From Adineta vaga (lineage: Eukaryota; Animalia; Rotifera), in NCBI GenBank assembly GCA_021613535.1, contig CP075493.1, positions 13,268,001 to 13,332,000 of the forward strand: a stretch of 64,000 nucleotides of DNA. The letters are read 5' to 3'. A program made the position numbers and the translations under genes. Below the pieces are notes generated by a model. The model saw only the letters and a list, made by a program, of their open reading frames with translations, was not told the DNA's origin and did not search any database. Shown here one piece after another: positions 1-12,014 of the stretch (the first letter of the stretch is position 1; every line of letters begins with the position of its first letter).

Positions 1-125
1 ATAGTAACAGTGATGCAACATCGTGTCGAACAGTTCATTTTGGTGAGTACTGTTATTTAGAAAATTATTAATATTGTCTAAATAAATAATCTAAATAATA
101 GATGAAACAGAATTGCCACAAATAG

Positions 126-1017
126 ATTTCAACTATTCTGAACTTATGCGTCGTCTTGAAGAGACGAACAAAAAATATGATGAAGTTCGAGAAAAAAATA
201 GAATATTGGAAAAAGAAAATGAAAGATTATTTAAAGATAACCAAATGTTAAAAAGAAATACAATTCGTAAGTGAATTGAATTTATTTTTCTATAAAACAT
301 GTAGATAATGTAATAAAAAAGAAATACGGAAAACTTTCCATTCAATTGATAATTCTATCTTTAAAATCAATCCACTATTGTCTTCTCTCATAAACGTAAT
401 ATAAATAAGAATTTTAATTTATATTTTAGCAATACCTGATTCAGCAGCTCGACAATGGTTAATCGATACTGGAAAGAGTCTTGATGTCAAGTATTCTACG
501 AATATACACACACATGCCAAAGCCTTGAATGTTGATGTTCAAGAACTTATTAGATGCCTCGATAATACAACAACAAGTACAGCTCGTCAAGTAGTCAAAT
601 TATTATATCCATTACCTGAGCGACTCAGTCAATCAAAAGAAATTGTTCCAGAAGATCAACGAAAAGCGATTCGAGGTAGTTCATTTTTCTTTTTGAATGA
701 AAAAATAATCCTGACTTTAATTTTAAATAGCTTTTGCCGAATCCCATCGAGGTCCAGTTATTGATCGTGCAATGAATGAAGCTATCAATGGTGTATTTCG
801 ATCAACAAAATCAACCGATAAAAAGGTTCAAGAGAATGAAAATACGTCAGTCTTGAACAAAAATCCAAATGGTTCAAATCAAAACATGAATAAAGGACAA
901 AAAACCTTGACACAAATGATGAAAACAAAAAAACAATTACATTTGAATTCAAGTGGTACCATTCTTGACAAAGAAAATAAGCTTGATAAAACAGTTGATG
1001 AAGAAAATGATGAATAG
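126..1017 (+). CDS. Transposon accessory protein (coiled coil + BEN-like helical domain), 3' exons
   Basis: Exons ~126-266, ~430-676 and 731-1017 with GT-AG introns. Coiled coil ELMRRLEETNKKYDEVREKNRILEKENE, then TSTARQVVKLLYP...MNEAINGVFR. Confidence 0.55.
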
Positions 1018-1135
1018 TTTTATGTAATAATGATTATTTTTACTTGATTTTCTACTTATATAGATGATTAATAGAATAGATTATATGTTAATTAGTTATA
1101 GAAATAACTCTAATTAAAAACATATCTTCTTGTAG

Positions 1136-3489
1136 ATGGCTTCTAGAGCTACTCTATGGCGTCATCATAAGCAGTACAAAGAATATCTATCGAAATCTCT
1201 GATTACTACTACTTCATTGTCTAATGAAAAGTAAAATTTGACAACTGTTATGTATTTGTATAGGTTTGTTTGTATGATTTAGTTGGATTGATTCAGCATC
1301 AACATCAGCATCGTTACATATATCAAACGACAAAGCTGGTGTTGAATTATTGACTGAAGCACCAATGATCGATGATGCTGAAATCGAGTCCAATGTATTT
1401 GCATCTATTATCGATGATGATGGAGAATTTGAAGATGAACCACTAACAACTACAGATACAACATGGTTTGAAGAAGATGTAGGTGACGTGGATCCATGGA
1501 AAAATGTCGAACTGGAATCTACATTTCAATATCGAACAGAAGATGATGAATCTTTATTTGATCAACTTGATGCGTAAGTATTATCTAAATATTGTCTATT
1601 CGTTTAAAATAAGTTTCAATGGTAAATTAGGAACCCAACGGAGAAAGAAATTGGTGCAGCACTTGTCTTGTTAAAGGTATGGTTTTATTTGTTCAGGAGT
1701 TTTATTAATTTCCATACATCTTTGTGAATAATGTAACTCATTTTTAAAGAAAAGAAATAATTTCTATTTCTATTATAGAATCGTCACGGAATGTCAAACA
1801 AATGTATGGACGATATTTGCAAATTTATAAAACATTTAAAAACTCCAAATTGTCCTATCAATTTTTCAAGAGTTAAAGATCTTATTTTACCTGAAGATTC
1901 TGAATTACCATCGTCAATGATTACTTATCTTTGTCCAGTTTGTTGTGAAGTATGTTTATCATCGAATAATTGCAATAATACTCTTTGTACACAGAACTCA
2001 TCTTTTACTAAATCTCCATTTCAATATTTACGTTTACCAATTCTTCCTCAATTACGTGAAATTCTTTGTAATACATGTTCAATGAACTTTGAACAACAAC
2101 AAAAATTATCGTCCAGAATTGATATATTAAATGATATATACGACGGCGAAGTATATCAAAATATAATTATGACTGAACAAGGAAAAGAATTTTTAACCTT
2201 TTTAATGAACGTTGATGGTATTCAAATATCCAATAAATCCACAACATCTTTATGGATTTTTACTTTGGTAATTAATGAAATAAAAAGAACTGAACGTTTT
2301 AAATTAAAAAATGTAATTATTGGTGGGATTGTATCTACACCATCAAAACCTAATCATATTCAAATGCAATCTTTATTAGCACCAATGGTTTATGAACTTG
2401 CATCTTTGGAAAAAGGTTTATTTCTCGAAATAAAAACTTCGGATTACTATGTTACTAAGTATTTGAAATGCTATTTGATAGCGTCGTGCTGTGATAAACC
2501 GGCACAAAGTTTAGTTCAAGGTATTAGTGGTCCGACAGGAGCATTTGGGTGTGGTGCTTGCGAGATAAAAGGTATAAGTATATGAATTTAATTTATGATA
2601 GAAATTGTTTTTGTTTTCTTTGTTCTATGCTTTCTTTATTGTAGGTATCACTGTGAACATCAACTCCAAATCACGAAAAAAAATACGAGTTTTTCCTCTT
2701 GTACCTAAAGATCAAGAACAACCTCGTTTACGAACCAACGAAACGTACGATAGTCTTATAAAAAGACTCATGAAAAATAATTCTTTAAATTACAATGAAC
2801 TACGTGATCGATGTCGAGGTCATGTTAGTCCGTGTGTTCTTCGTGAACTTACTTATTTCGATGTTGGTATTGGATTTCTTTCTGATTCTCTCCATAATGT
2901 TTATCATGGTGTAATGGTACGTATTTTGTCTTTTTTATTCTATATTAAAAGATTTATACATAATAATTGGATATTAAGAATGAAAGATCGTTAATTGATT
3001 CTTAAAGGGAAATTCAATTACAAATCTATGTGAAATAATGAGAAAAATTCTCTATTATTGTAGTACATAAATTCTTTATATGTGGAGAATCTCTATTATC
3101 TCGAATTAAGAAATTTTCTTAGATTTTTCTAATACAATACCAACAGAGTTTCGTTTAAAATATTTTTTTCATTTAGAAGCGTCTTCTTCGATTATGGTTT
3201 GATAAGAAGTATCGTAAAGAACCGTGGAGTATTTGTGGTAAAGAAAGTATCGTCAATCGATATCTTTCTTCAATTAAATATCCATCAACAACAGTTCGTT
3301 TACCTCGTTGTTTATCAAAATATGAACAATACAAAGCGAATGAATCTCGAGCGATTCTGTTATTCGGTTTTTCTGGTTTTTGCTCTGTTTTACCAGTTAA
3401 ATATACAAAGCATTTTCTTCTATTGGTTGTGGCTGTGCATATTGCCGAATCTCGTCGTATTCATCAAACACAGATTTTTTCTTCCTAAG
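1136..3489 (+). pseudogene. EnSpm/CACTA-like transposase, C-terminally truncated
   Basis: Spliced exons containing CPVC, DIYDGEVY, LMNVDG..SLW, CCDKPAQ..GAFGCGAC, DSLHNVYHGV and RLPRCLSKYEQYKANESRAILL. The frame ends at TAA (~3487-3489) before the C-terminal catalytic Glu region. Confidence 0.8.
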
Positions 3490-3635
3490 GAAATTAATGT
3501 CAAATCAAACAGGTTTCTGTATGGTGTAAAACGTTCTGCGATTAGGATTTCAAAAATCTAGCATATAGATTAATCAGAAATATGGAATGTATCGAAATAG
3601 CTCGAGAAAGTTTAATATAAACTTATTGTTTATAG

Positions 3636-4066
3636 AACGCGTTTGAACGCGTTAATATAAATTCGAGCAAATCAGACGCGTACGAACGCGTTTTCTAACG
3701 AAATCGCCCAAAACTGCGTTTAACAGGTTAAATAATTCAAACGCGTTTGTGTTCGAAACGCGTCTGAACGCGTTTTCTGATGAAATCGGTCAAAACTACG
3801 TTTGACGCGTTAGAGAGTTGAGACGCGTTTGTCTTTGAAATGCGTTTGAACGCGTTTTCCAATGAAATCGTTCAAAACTGCGTTTAATGCGTTAGAAAAT
3901 TCAGACGCGTTTGTGTTTGAAACGCGCCCAAGTATATTTCCTACTACAGATGCGTTTCAACGCGTCCATCGGATGCGTTTAGACGCGGTACAGTACCATC
4001 TGAAACACCAAACGCGTCCAAACGCAGATTAAACGCGTTTAAACGCGTTTAGCCTGCGTTTCAGTG
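3636..4066. repeat. Subterminal repeat array of palindromic (A)ACGCGT(T) motifs
   Basis: More than 15 ACGCGT/ACGCGTTT motifs arranged in ~60-bp higher-order units (e.g. gaacgcgttttct..gaaatcg..caaaactgcgttt occurs three times). Confidence 0.85.
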
Positions 4067-5249
4067 TTACATGGGGATGTTGTAACGAGCATTCGCCGAA
4101 GCAACATAAAATATATAGAAACGGACCTTACAAAACCATGCTGCGACAGAGTTGACAGGAACACCATAACCATACTGAATCATTCGAATGATAACAATAA
4201 CAAGTTGAGTAGTGGTTATTGTAGAGTTACTCATCGTTTTGCTAGCCTATGAAGAAAAAAAAATGAACATATACTTATCGCGGAATAAGGATGGAGATCA
4301 AAATTCGTGATAGAGTATTAAAAGAAGATATTACTACTCGTTTTGTTTTACCTATTTGCTTGAAGACATTGTTACGATTTACCTACACTTAATATATATT
4401 TTTTAAAGAGCCAGATTCGATTCTTGATTGGATTATTAATTAAAAGGAAACTGTTACGAGAATGCTGAAGAGTGAACAAATGACATGATTATCTAGAAAA
4501 ACTGATTCTATTTAAAATAGACAAAAGAACAATATTTTTGTGTTAAAAAAATGAAGCGAGAAAAAGATACCCTTCGAATTTCAAATACAGAATGAAGGTA
4601 AAGGTGACCAGAATGAGAAAAGAAAACGATATTTTCTGCTGGTAGAAATCTATGATATAACAAGACACTAACTACAGTAGTCTATTCTTTTTTGAACGAT
4701 ATTTTTCTTAAATCTCTCAAATAATGGCATTAGAGATTGTTAGTCAAAAATATATGTTCAGTTCACTTTTTTTTGTCTATAGGTACTTATCATCTTGTCA
4801 ATAATAAATTGGTTTGAGGTATGTCTAAATCCTTCTTAATTATAAGACAAAGACTATATAATTTTAATGATTTATTCCAGGCTCTCACGCCTTCATCTAC
4901 ACTCCATACCAACAAGATTCACACATTAGTTCAGGATGTTTTCTTCAACATTCATGAATCATTGCGATTCTACGAAATACGAAAGAATACCTTCATCTGA
5001 TTCAAACGTTTAATTGCACAGCAAGCGAAAATTGTTTCGACATTGCTTCCATCACTTAGTAAATAAATGAGTAATACATACGTTAAGAGTGAACAGTTAT
5101 ATATATATATATATGTCTGTGAATTCACACTAAATGTAATTATCATCACTTTCTTAGTAGAAACATGAGAAATAAAGTATAGAATTTCAATCGGAAGCAA
5201 TATACCAATATATATATATACTATCATGAACAATGTACTGAAATAATCG

Positions 5250-5791
5250 ATGACACTTGTTTCGACTAAACATTTGGATACTGCTGCAATTCTAAGACTA
5301 ACTGAAGGAGTTGATTTCCGAGTTATCAGTCAAAGTTCCGGAACAACAATGAAAGATTTTATATGTCATTTTTTCAAACAATCAATTTTTACAAATCCGG
5401 ATAAAATTTCATTAGAAGGCGAATACGTTCTATCTACACTTCATGCAACGAAAATGCATCCAGATAGTTATCATCTTATGTATTTCAAAGGTAAACGAAT
5501 CTATCAATTTTAACTGAAAATAAAATTCCACTTGTTCAAATTGTTTTTCCTGGCAATAGTTATACACAGTTACGTTTTGCAGCTGGAATGATACATGGAT
5601 TTAAAGGTAAAGAATTTGCAGCTATTTCTACACATTATACTGATGCGCAAGAAGCAACACAAATTACTTCATCATAAAACGATGCTATGGGAAACCATAT
5701 AATGGATAAATTAATAACTATTATTGATTCTGGACCTGTCGACTATTCTACTCTTGAACAATTACGAAAATCGTTGCAATCGTGCAATTAG
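5250..5791 (+). pseudogene. Degenerate gene, possibly cupin-like
   Basis: Exon 5250-5490, a GT-AG intron, then YTQLRFAAGMIHGFKG...; an internal stop lies near 5675. Confidence 0.3.
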
Positions 5792-5986
5792 TAAAAACTT
5801 TCATAGATCAATTCAGTTTGTTATATCTGTTTGGAGTATGAATTCTCACATTCACATTCGAATACATTTTAATCGTTTTTTTTTGTAATGAATAATATTG
5901 AAGAAATTTATTTATGATGTGTAAAAAGAGAAAAAGAAAATAATTATGAAGCACTTAAGATTCATTTTCAGATGTTCTTTAGTTGA

Positions 5987-6512
5987 CTAATATTTACTTC
6001 TAGGCAAAAGTAAGTGAAATGTAAGAACTGTCAACGTAAGCAGAATACTTGTAGATTTTATCCAAGCTCCATTACAGTAATCTGTAGTACAACAATGAAC
6101 AGTAAATCCATCTTCAATAGTGCCTGTCGTGCTAGGCGTTACAGTAATAGTTCCTGCTGCACACGCTACTGCTGATGATCCATCTCGACTAATTGCGTTG
6201 TTGTTACTAGCATACACTTTTTTCTAGAACAGTAATGATACATTGTTTGAAAATAATGCAAATAAGAGACAAACTTACCACACAATATGAATACGTGCCG
6301 GAGGTGAGCTGTATAACGCCAGAAGCTTTCGAATTAAATGATGAACCACAACCATCTCTACCAAATTCGCAATGATGACAAGATAGAGCGAATGTTTTGT
6401 ATTGAACAACTAAATAAATATATTTGGTTAAAATATTAATTGACAGTCAGAAGAGAATTGATCTACCGATAAGAATAACAACAATGAGAATAAAATTCAT
6501 ATTTGTAATCAT
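5987..6512 (-). CDS. Ly6/uPAR (three-finger, quiver-like) GPI-anchored protein
   Basis: Three exons. Signal peptide, LSCHHC, CCTTDYCN terminal motif, hydrophobic C-terminal tail. Confidence 0.75.
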
Positions 6513-7174
6513 GTTTGAAGCGATTGCGTAGAAAGTCGTATACAACCTATTGATCGTAAGTGAACAATAATGGAAAATGGCAGTTGTTCCTTTCTTTTTA
6601 TATGTAAACTGTTGTGAAGGCCTTGTTTGAGATTTATATGCGTGGAGAAAAGAGAATAGAATTTGTTCTCTCGGAACATTCAGCAATACTTACTTTGAAG
6701 ACTTTTCTTTTGAATTGAAGTGTAAAATTACTCTAGATTCTTTTTTGGTCGTTTTTACGAACCTTATGTTGACGTCAACGGCAATATGCAAAACACACTA
6801 ACCATCACCAAAAGAGGAGAGTAATATGATGATTACTAAAATTTTTTTGTTCTTTGAATAAACATCATCCAAAATTATGTGAGACTGTACGAATAAGAAA
6901 AATAACAATTATTTAATGGAACGTTATAAAAAAGTACGTAAGAGAACGTTGAAGTATTTTAAAAACGCACTTTTTTCCAGTATTTTTCAGTACGTATAAG
7001 TACGATAGTGTGAGTTATAAAGTAAGTTGACATATTTCAACTGTGAAAAAGCAAATCAAATAAATACATAGAAACAAAAAAGTTGCAAGTTTAAAAAGTA
7101 AAGTATCGATATTTTAATTGTAAATCAAATCAAAATGTTTATTTCGTATTATTATGAGTGAATGAAACTACATG

Positions 7175-7804
7175 TTAGATCATGAAAACAAGAGAGAAAA
7201 GAGGGATAACACATATGATGAAACTTGAAAAAGACACGGATGAAAGTGAGTTATGTTTTTGTAACGATTGATCATATGATGGACTCGGTTGGTTTGTATA
7301 TGGTGCATTTCGATAAGCCGAATTGTCATTTCGTTGTATTTGCATATTTGAATTAATAATTTTTGTAGTTTTTCCTGGTTGATCATTACATCGATCTGTA
7401 GCACAACAGGTTAAATCGAGATATGCTTGAGGTTGTCGACGCATTTCTTCACATTTTTTCAATGATGTTAAACCACGATGCCATTTAACTACTCGACTTT
7501 GTCGATCTGTTTCTGTACATTGTGAATAATGATTGGATTCATAGGATGAATGTGAACATGCACTTCTATAACTAAAACAAGCACAACCAACACTAGAACA
7601 TTGTTCACCTTCAGGAGTTGTATATTGAGTCATTTCTGCTTGTGAATATGCATAATTTAGTAGATCATTTGTTGCTTGATTTCGTGTTTCTTCATGCTCA
7701 TATTTAGTATAACATGTTAGCGGTGTTTGATAATAATTTTGAGTTGAAACTTGACATATGATGAAAAGTAAGAAAAAAACTGCAAGTTGATTACAGAGAA
7801 CCAT
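7175..7804 (-). CDS. Secreted Cys-rich Ly6/three-finger-like protein with GPI-like tail
   Basis: 209-aa single-exon ORF. Signal peptide, LTCY...CCATDRCN, hydrophobic C-terminus; TATA-like sequence upstream. Confidence 0.7.
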   Translation of the reverse strand: MVLCNQLAVFFLLFIICQVSTQNYYQTPLTCYTKYEHEETRNQATNDLLNYAYSQAEMTQYTTPEGEQCSSVGCACFSYRSACSHSSYESNHYSQCTETDRQSRVVKWHRGLTSLKKCEEMRRQPQAYLDLTCCATDRCNDQPGKTTKIINSNMQIQRNDNSAYRNAPYTNQPSPSYDQSLQKHNSLSSVSFSSFIICVIPLFSLVFMI

Positions 7805-8740
7805 ATTTCTGATTTAGTCTTATTTGTAAATAGTAGAAAGAATATAACTACTACGAAGCATTATAATCCGTTTATTTATATATGGTATACTCAACGCTTC
7901 TCTCTCTCTCTCTTCTTTTTTCTGCTATTTCTATCTAAATATCCATAGAAAAAGATTTCTACATGTACTAGAGGAGGCGAAAGAAAAAATATATATAAGA
8001 ACTGTCGATCATTGTATTTTCTACGCCTTCGCTTATATATGTTTTTGCTATATTACACAAACGTCATTTTCTTCCCATAAATAAAATAGACGCTTGCGGT
8101 TCTGTGTAACAATATACGATAGAAACGTTATTCTGTCTTGTACAAACTAATGAATACGATCTATAGAAAATATTTTCTGTATACAGAAATGCCTACGACT
8201 TAAATCCTATCTAGAGTGAATGAAAGAATATATCTTTTGATCTGGATCATCTTATTAAGAACAATTTATAAACAATCAACGCGGTTTGATGTTCCTTGTT
8301 CGAATGTAATAGCAATTGTTGTTGCAATCGCCTTAAAATGCAAATATATATATATATATATATCAATTTTTTTAATGCTTGATTCACATATGATTGTATT
8401 CTTGAAGACGAATGTGTTTAAGGAGTCATTTGGTTTTGTACGGTAAAAATAGAACAGAACGAACGAGAATTCATTTTTTGTATTGATTTAACATTTCCAT
8501 AATCTGTTGTGTATCAGATACGTCGAATTTGCTTAGACAACAATTCAATAGACACGTGTCCAATAAATTTATGAGTCATATTTATCAAAATGAATCATCA
8601 AAACATATACACTTACTCTAAAATGAGATAAGAATGAGTGTTATTTTTCATTACACGTGCATGTAGTTAATAGATAAACTGAGTAAGAATCGACAATTTT
8701 CATTTGAAAGTTTAGTTGTTTGATCTCATTTTTAGATTAA

Positions 8741-9658
8741 ATGTTGATTATATTATTATTCATCATAGTATCTATTGTGATTACTTTGGTGTTATTATTC
8801 GTATCGATTATTGTTTATTTACAATATATTTCTAAAGATCGTTTTCGTTTTCGTTATTTATCTAAAATATCAGCTTTAACTTCAATTAAATTTTCTCTAC
8901 TTGAACAATATCGTCAAACATATAATCCAGCAAATCTACAATGTCAATGTCATCCGCAACATGCTACAATTATTGAACCACGACAGGATTGTTGTCATAG
9001 ATCAGAGACATTATTTATTAGTTTTGCTGGTGCTGCTCTACTCGTCGGAGGATTTACATTTACCGAATGGAAATCAACATTTAAAGAATTTGATTTACAA
9101 GCTGATACATTATTTTTAACTGATCCTGCTCAATCATTCTATTTACAAGATTCAACTTATTCATGGCAAGGATTGAAATATTATCGTACATTAGTTGAAA
9201 AGTATTCGAAACTATATAAACATGTCATATTAATTGGAGCTTCTATGGGAGCAAGTATGGTTTGTATGTGTAGTGATCTTGCTGCACTTTCAATTGCATT
9301 TAATCCAATATTAGATCCATCGATAGTACCGCGTGCCTATCTTTTCTACAGAACATTACGAAAATATCCAAAAAGATTTATTTTAAAACAAGTACAAATG
9401 AATATTGATAAAATTATGAAAGAAAATCAACAAAATATATTCCATGTTCATTGGAGTGAAAAATCACCAGATGATATTTTTCAAATGAAATTACTTTCAA
9501 ATCGAAATGAAGTACAGTTCACAGATGTAAATCAATGTAATAAGCATAGAGGAATATATTTTTGGCTTCATCAGTGTAATAATCATAAATTACCGCAAGA
9601 TTTGAAATATCGAGGAATTTTAAATCAAATTTTACAACAGCATTTGAATGCATTATGA
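8741..9658 (+). CDS. Membrane-anchored alpha/beta-hydrolase-fold protein
   Basis: 305-aa intronless ORF. N-terminal signal anchor, LFISFAG strand, ILIGASMGA nucleophile elbow (GxSxG), C-terminal His. Confidence 0.65.
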   Translation: MLIILLFIIVSIVITLVLLFVSIIVYLQYISKDRFRFRYLSKISALTSIKFSLLEQYRQTYNPANLQCQCHPQHATIIEPRQDCCHRSETLFISFAGAALLVGGFTFTEWKSTFKEFDLQADTLFLTDPAQSFYLQDSTYSWQGLKYYRTLVEKYSKLYKHVILIGASMGASMVCMCSDLAALSIAFNPILDPSIVPRAYLFYRTLRKYPKRFILKQVQMNIDKIMKENQQNIFHVHWSEKSPDDIFQMKLLSNRNEVQFTDVNQCNKHRGIYFWLHQCNNHKLPQDLKYRGILNQILQQHLNAL

Positions 9659-9929
9659 ACGACTTATTACTATAACGCATGAAGTTAAGACTTGTCATTT
9701 CGTCAAGTATTTTTTTAAGTTCATTTTTTTTCAAATAGATTCTATATCGTTTGATTTGCTTTACTAATGATATTCTTTTACCTTCAATTTGTTTACTTGT
9801 ATACAAGAGAAATATTTCTTTAAATATTTTTTGCGTCTCGTGCATTTCATTTCTTGAATACGGATCAGTTCTTAGTTTTAAAATATTTTCCTGTATAACT
9901 TACTATCATTTGTTCATCTGAAATTCAAC

Positions 9930-11225
9930 GATGAGCAAAAGTCAGACAAAATCGTCATTGGAGTAAGTATTCGGATAAATCCTGAAACATATTTCACTTT
10001 GTAATTTCGCTTTATCCACTGATATAAATTTGCTATTCAATAATAGAACAGTGGATCTTTACTATCTATTTACTATCTTGATAATACGTTTTTTTTACTC
10101 TGATTATGTAATAATTATTAAACTATTGTGTGTTTTAGGTTTGTTTTACTTGTTATTTTCCGTTATCGAAGGACGTAATGTAATTACTAGATCAGGATCG
10201 GGTGCGGGTAAAAAAAACTATACTAAACTTTTATTTTCATTGACGATTTGTTATTTAGATTCAAAATGTCACATTGAGTATTGGTTGTCGAATGAATGTC
10301 ACTATCACATTTGTGTTGGTGGTACAAGTGTTCGTGATGATATAAGTCGACTTGAAAAAGGTGTGCAAATTGTCCTTGGAACACATGGTCGAGTTCATGA
10401 TATGCTTAATCAATCAGCTCTTCGTATGGTTTTTTACTTTTCATAGGATATTCAGAAATATATTTTTTTCTTCTATTTATTTAGGTACCAAGAATATCAA
10501 GACGGTGATACTGAATGAAGCTGATTCGCTGTTGTCTCATGACTTCGAAACACAAATCAATGGTATATTCACAAAAATATCAGAGAGTATTCAAGTCATT
10601 CTCCTCATGTCTTTCACGTCCAGTGATATACTCAAAGTAGCAACTAAACATACGACGAACCCAGTTAAAATTTGCATGAAGGAAAAAGAATTAACATTTA
10701 ACGTACATCAATTCTATGTTGCCGATGAACATAATGTACAAAACGAAACGAGAATAATTTTTTTCTATATCAAATTAAATTTTTATGTACGATATATTAT
10801 TTAGAAAGACAAATCACACACACTCTGTGATCTAATCGACAACATAACAATGAGCAATTCTATCATTTTCTGTAATTCACGTCGAACAGTTATTTGGTTG
10901 GCAGAAAAAATGGGTGAACGTGATTTCAAAGTTAGCTTTAGTAAGTGATGAATTTGAATATCTGTTGTTATATATGTGTACAGTTAATATTACCAAACAT
11001 TTAACTGTGCTTCTAGCATGGTGACATGAATAGAATGTAACAATTATGTTACACGAGATTTTCATTTTTAAGTCTTACTTATGTTGGTGGATTTTTTCGA
11101 AAAGATGTAGTAATTAGTTTTGTAACTGATAATGATCGACGAACATTACGTGATATTGAAGAACATTATAATATCTAAATACAAGAAATGCCAATGAACG
11201 TTGCCGATTTAATTTCAAAGAAAAA
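9930..11225 (+). pseudogene. eIF4A: eIF4A DEAD-box helicase, unprocessed pseudogene
   Basis: [25 protein letters not shown] (DEAD to NEAD), IIFCNSRRTV and C-terminal QEMPMNVADLI. Deletions and stops present; introns retained. Confidence 0.8.
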
Positions 11226-12014
11226 CATCTAATTTATTCATCTCCTTTTATAAATATTATCGGCGTCAACAAACTTTACTAACTTCTTTAAAAATTAATT
11301 CTGATGATAATCAATAAACTTTTATTAAACACGTATACTTTCCTTTCCTATGCTTGTCTTCATACTATTTTGTATTTCTAGATACATGATATGATATTTT
11401 GTTTATTTACTGTAATACAGTATTTCAATATAAGATGAATGTAGATTACATACTGATCCGTCTTTCACCTTCTGGAGCATATCTGAGATGTGAATATGAA
11501 TGTGTTTGCTTGCTCTCATATCTGTACCCACACCCTCAACAATATGATAAAAATAAGTCTAACATATTTTGTAATACATAGAAACTCTGTTGATAAAATA
11601 TCGAGACTCACTATGAAAACGTCGAAAGAAAAATGTCAAATATAAGGCACAGAATATGGTTTTAGTAAAATATCAAAATTCTCACTCATGTTCTCATTTA
11701 AGAACGCACTATATCATCTTTACATCCACATCCTAGGATAAAACTTCTGAGAATTCAGCTTTATATCCTTCATGCTTACAATTCTTAAGAATACAAAAAA
11801 TTAATAATAGCTCATTTATATAAAAATGTATGTGCACTTTTGAGTAATCAATCCTTATCGATAATTATTTAAATTCAATATTATATTCGAAGATTTATAA
11901 GCAATGCAAAAAAAGTTTAAAAGCATGAATGACTAAATAGCTAGTGAGAAATTATAAGCATTTTTAAGTCAAAAATAAGTAATTATGTACTTCATCTAAT
12001 GGTTATGAAGTCGT

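Larger units (their letters stand above)
1..4066 (+). mobile_element. EnSpm/CACTA(CMC)-type DNA transposon, right portion, transposase internally deleted
   Basis: Accessory gene plus transposase exons, an ACGCGT-rich subterminal repeat field, and terminal CAGTG at 4062-4066 (reverse complement CACTG). The left end lies outside the window. Confidence 0.8.

Noticed and set aside
3636-4060. CRISPR-like array
   Set aside because: The repeats are degenerate, have no unique spacers and no cas genes, and lie in eukaryotic context; they are explained as transposon subterminal repeats.
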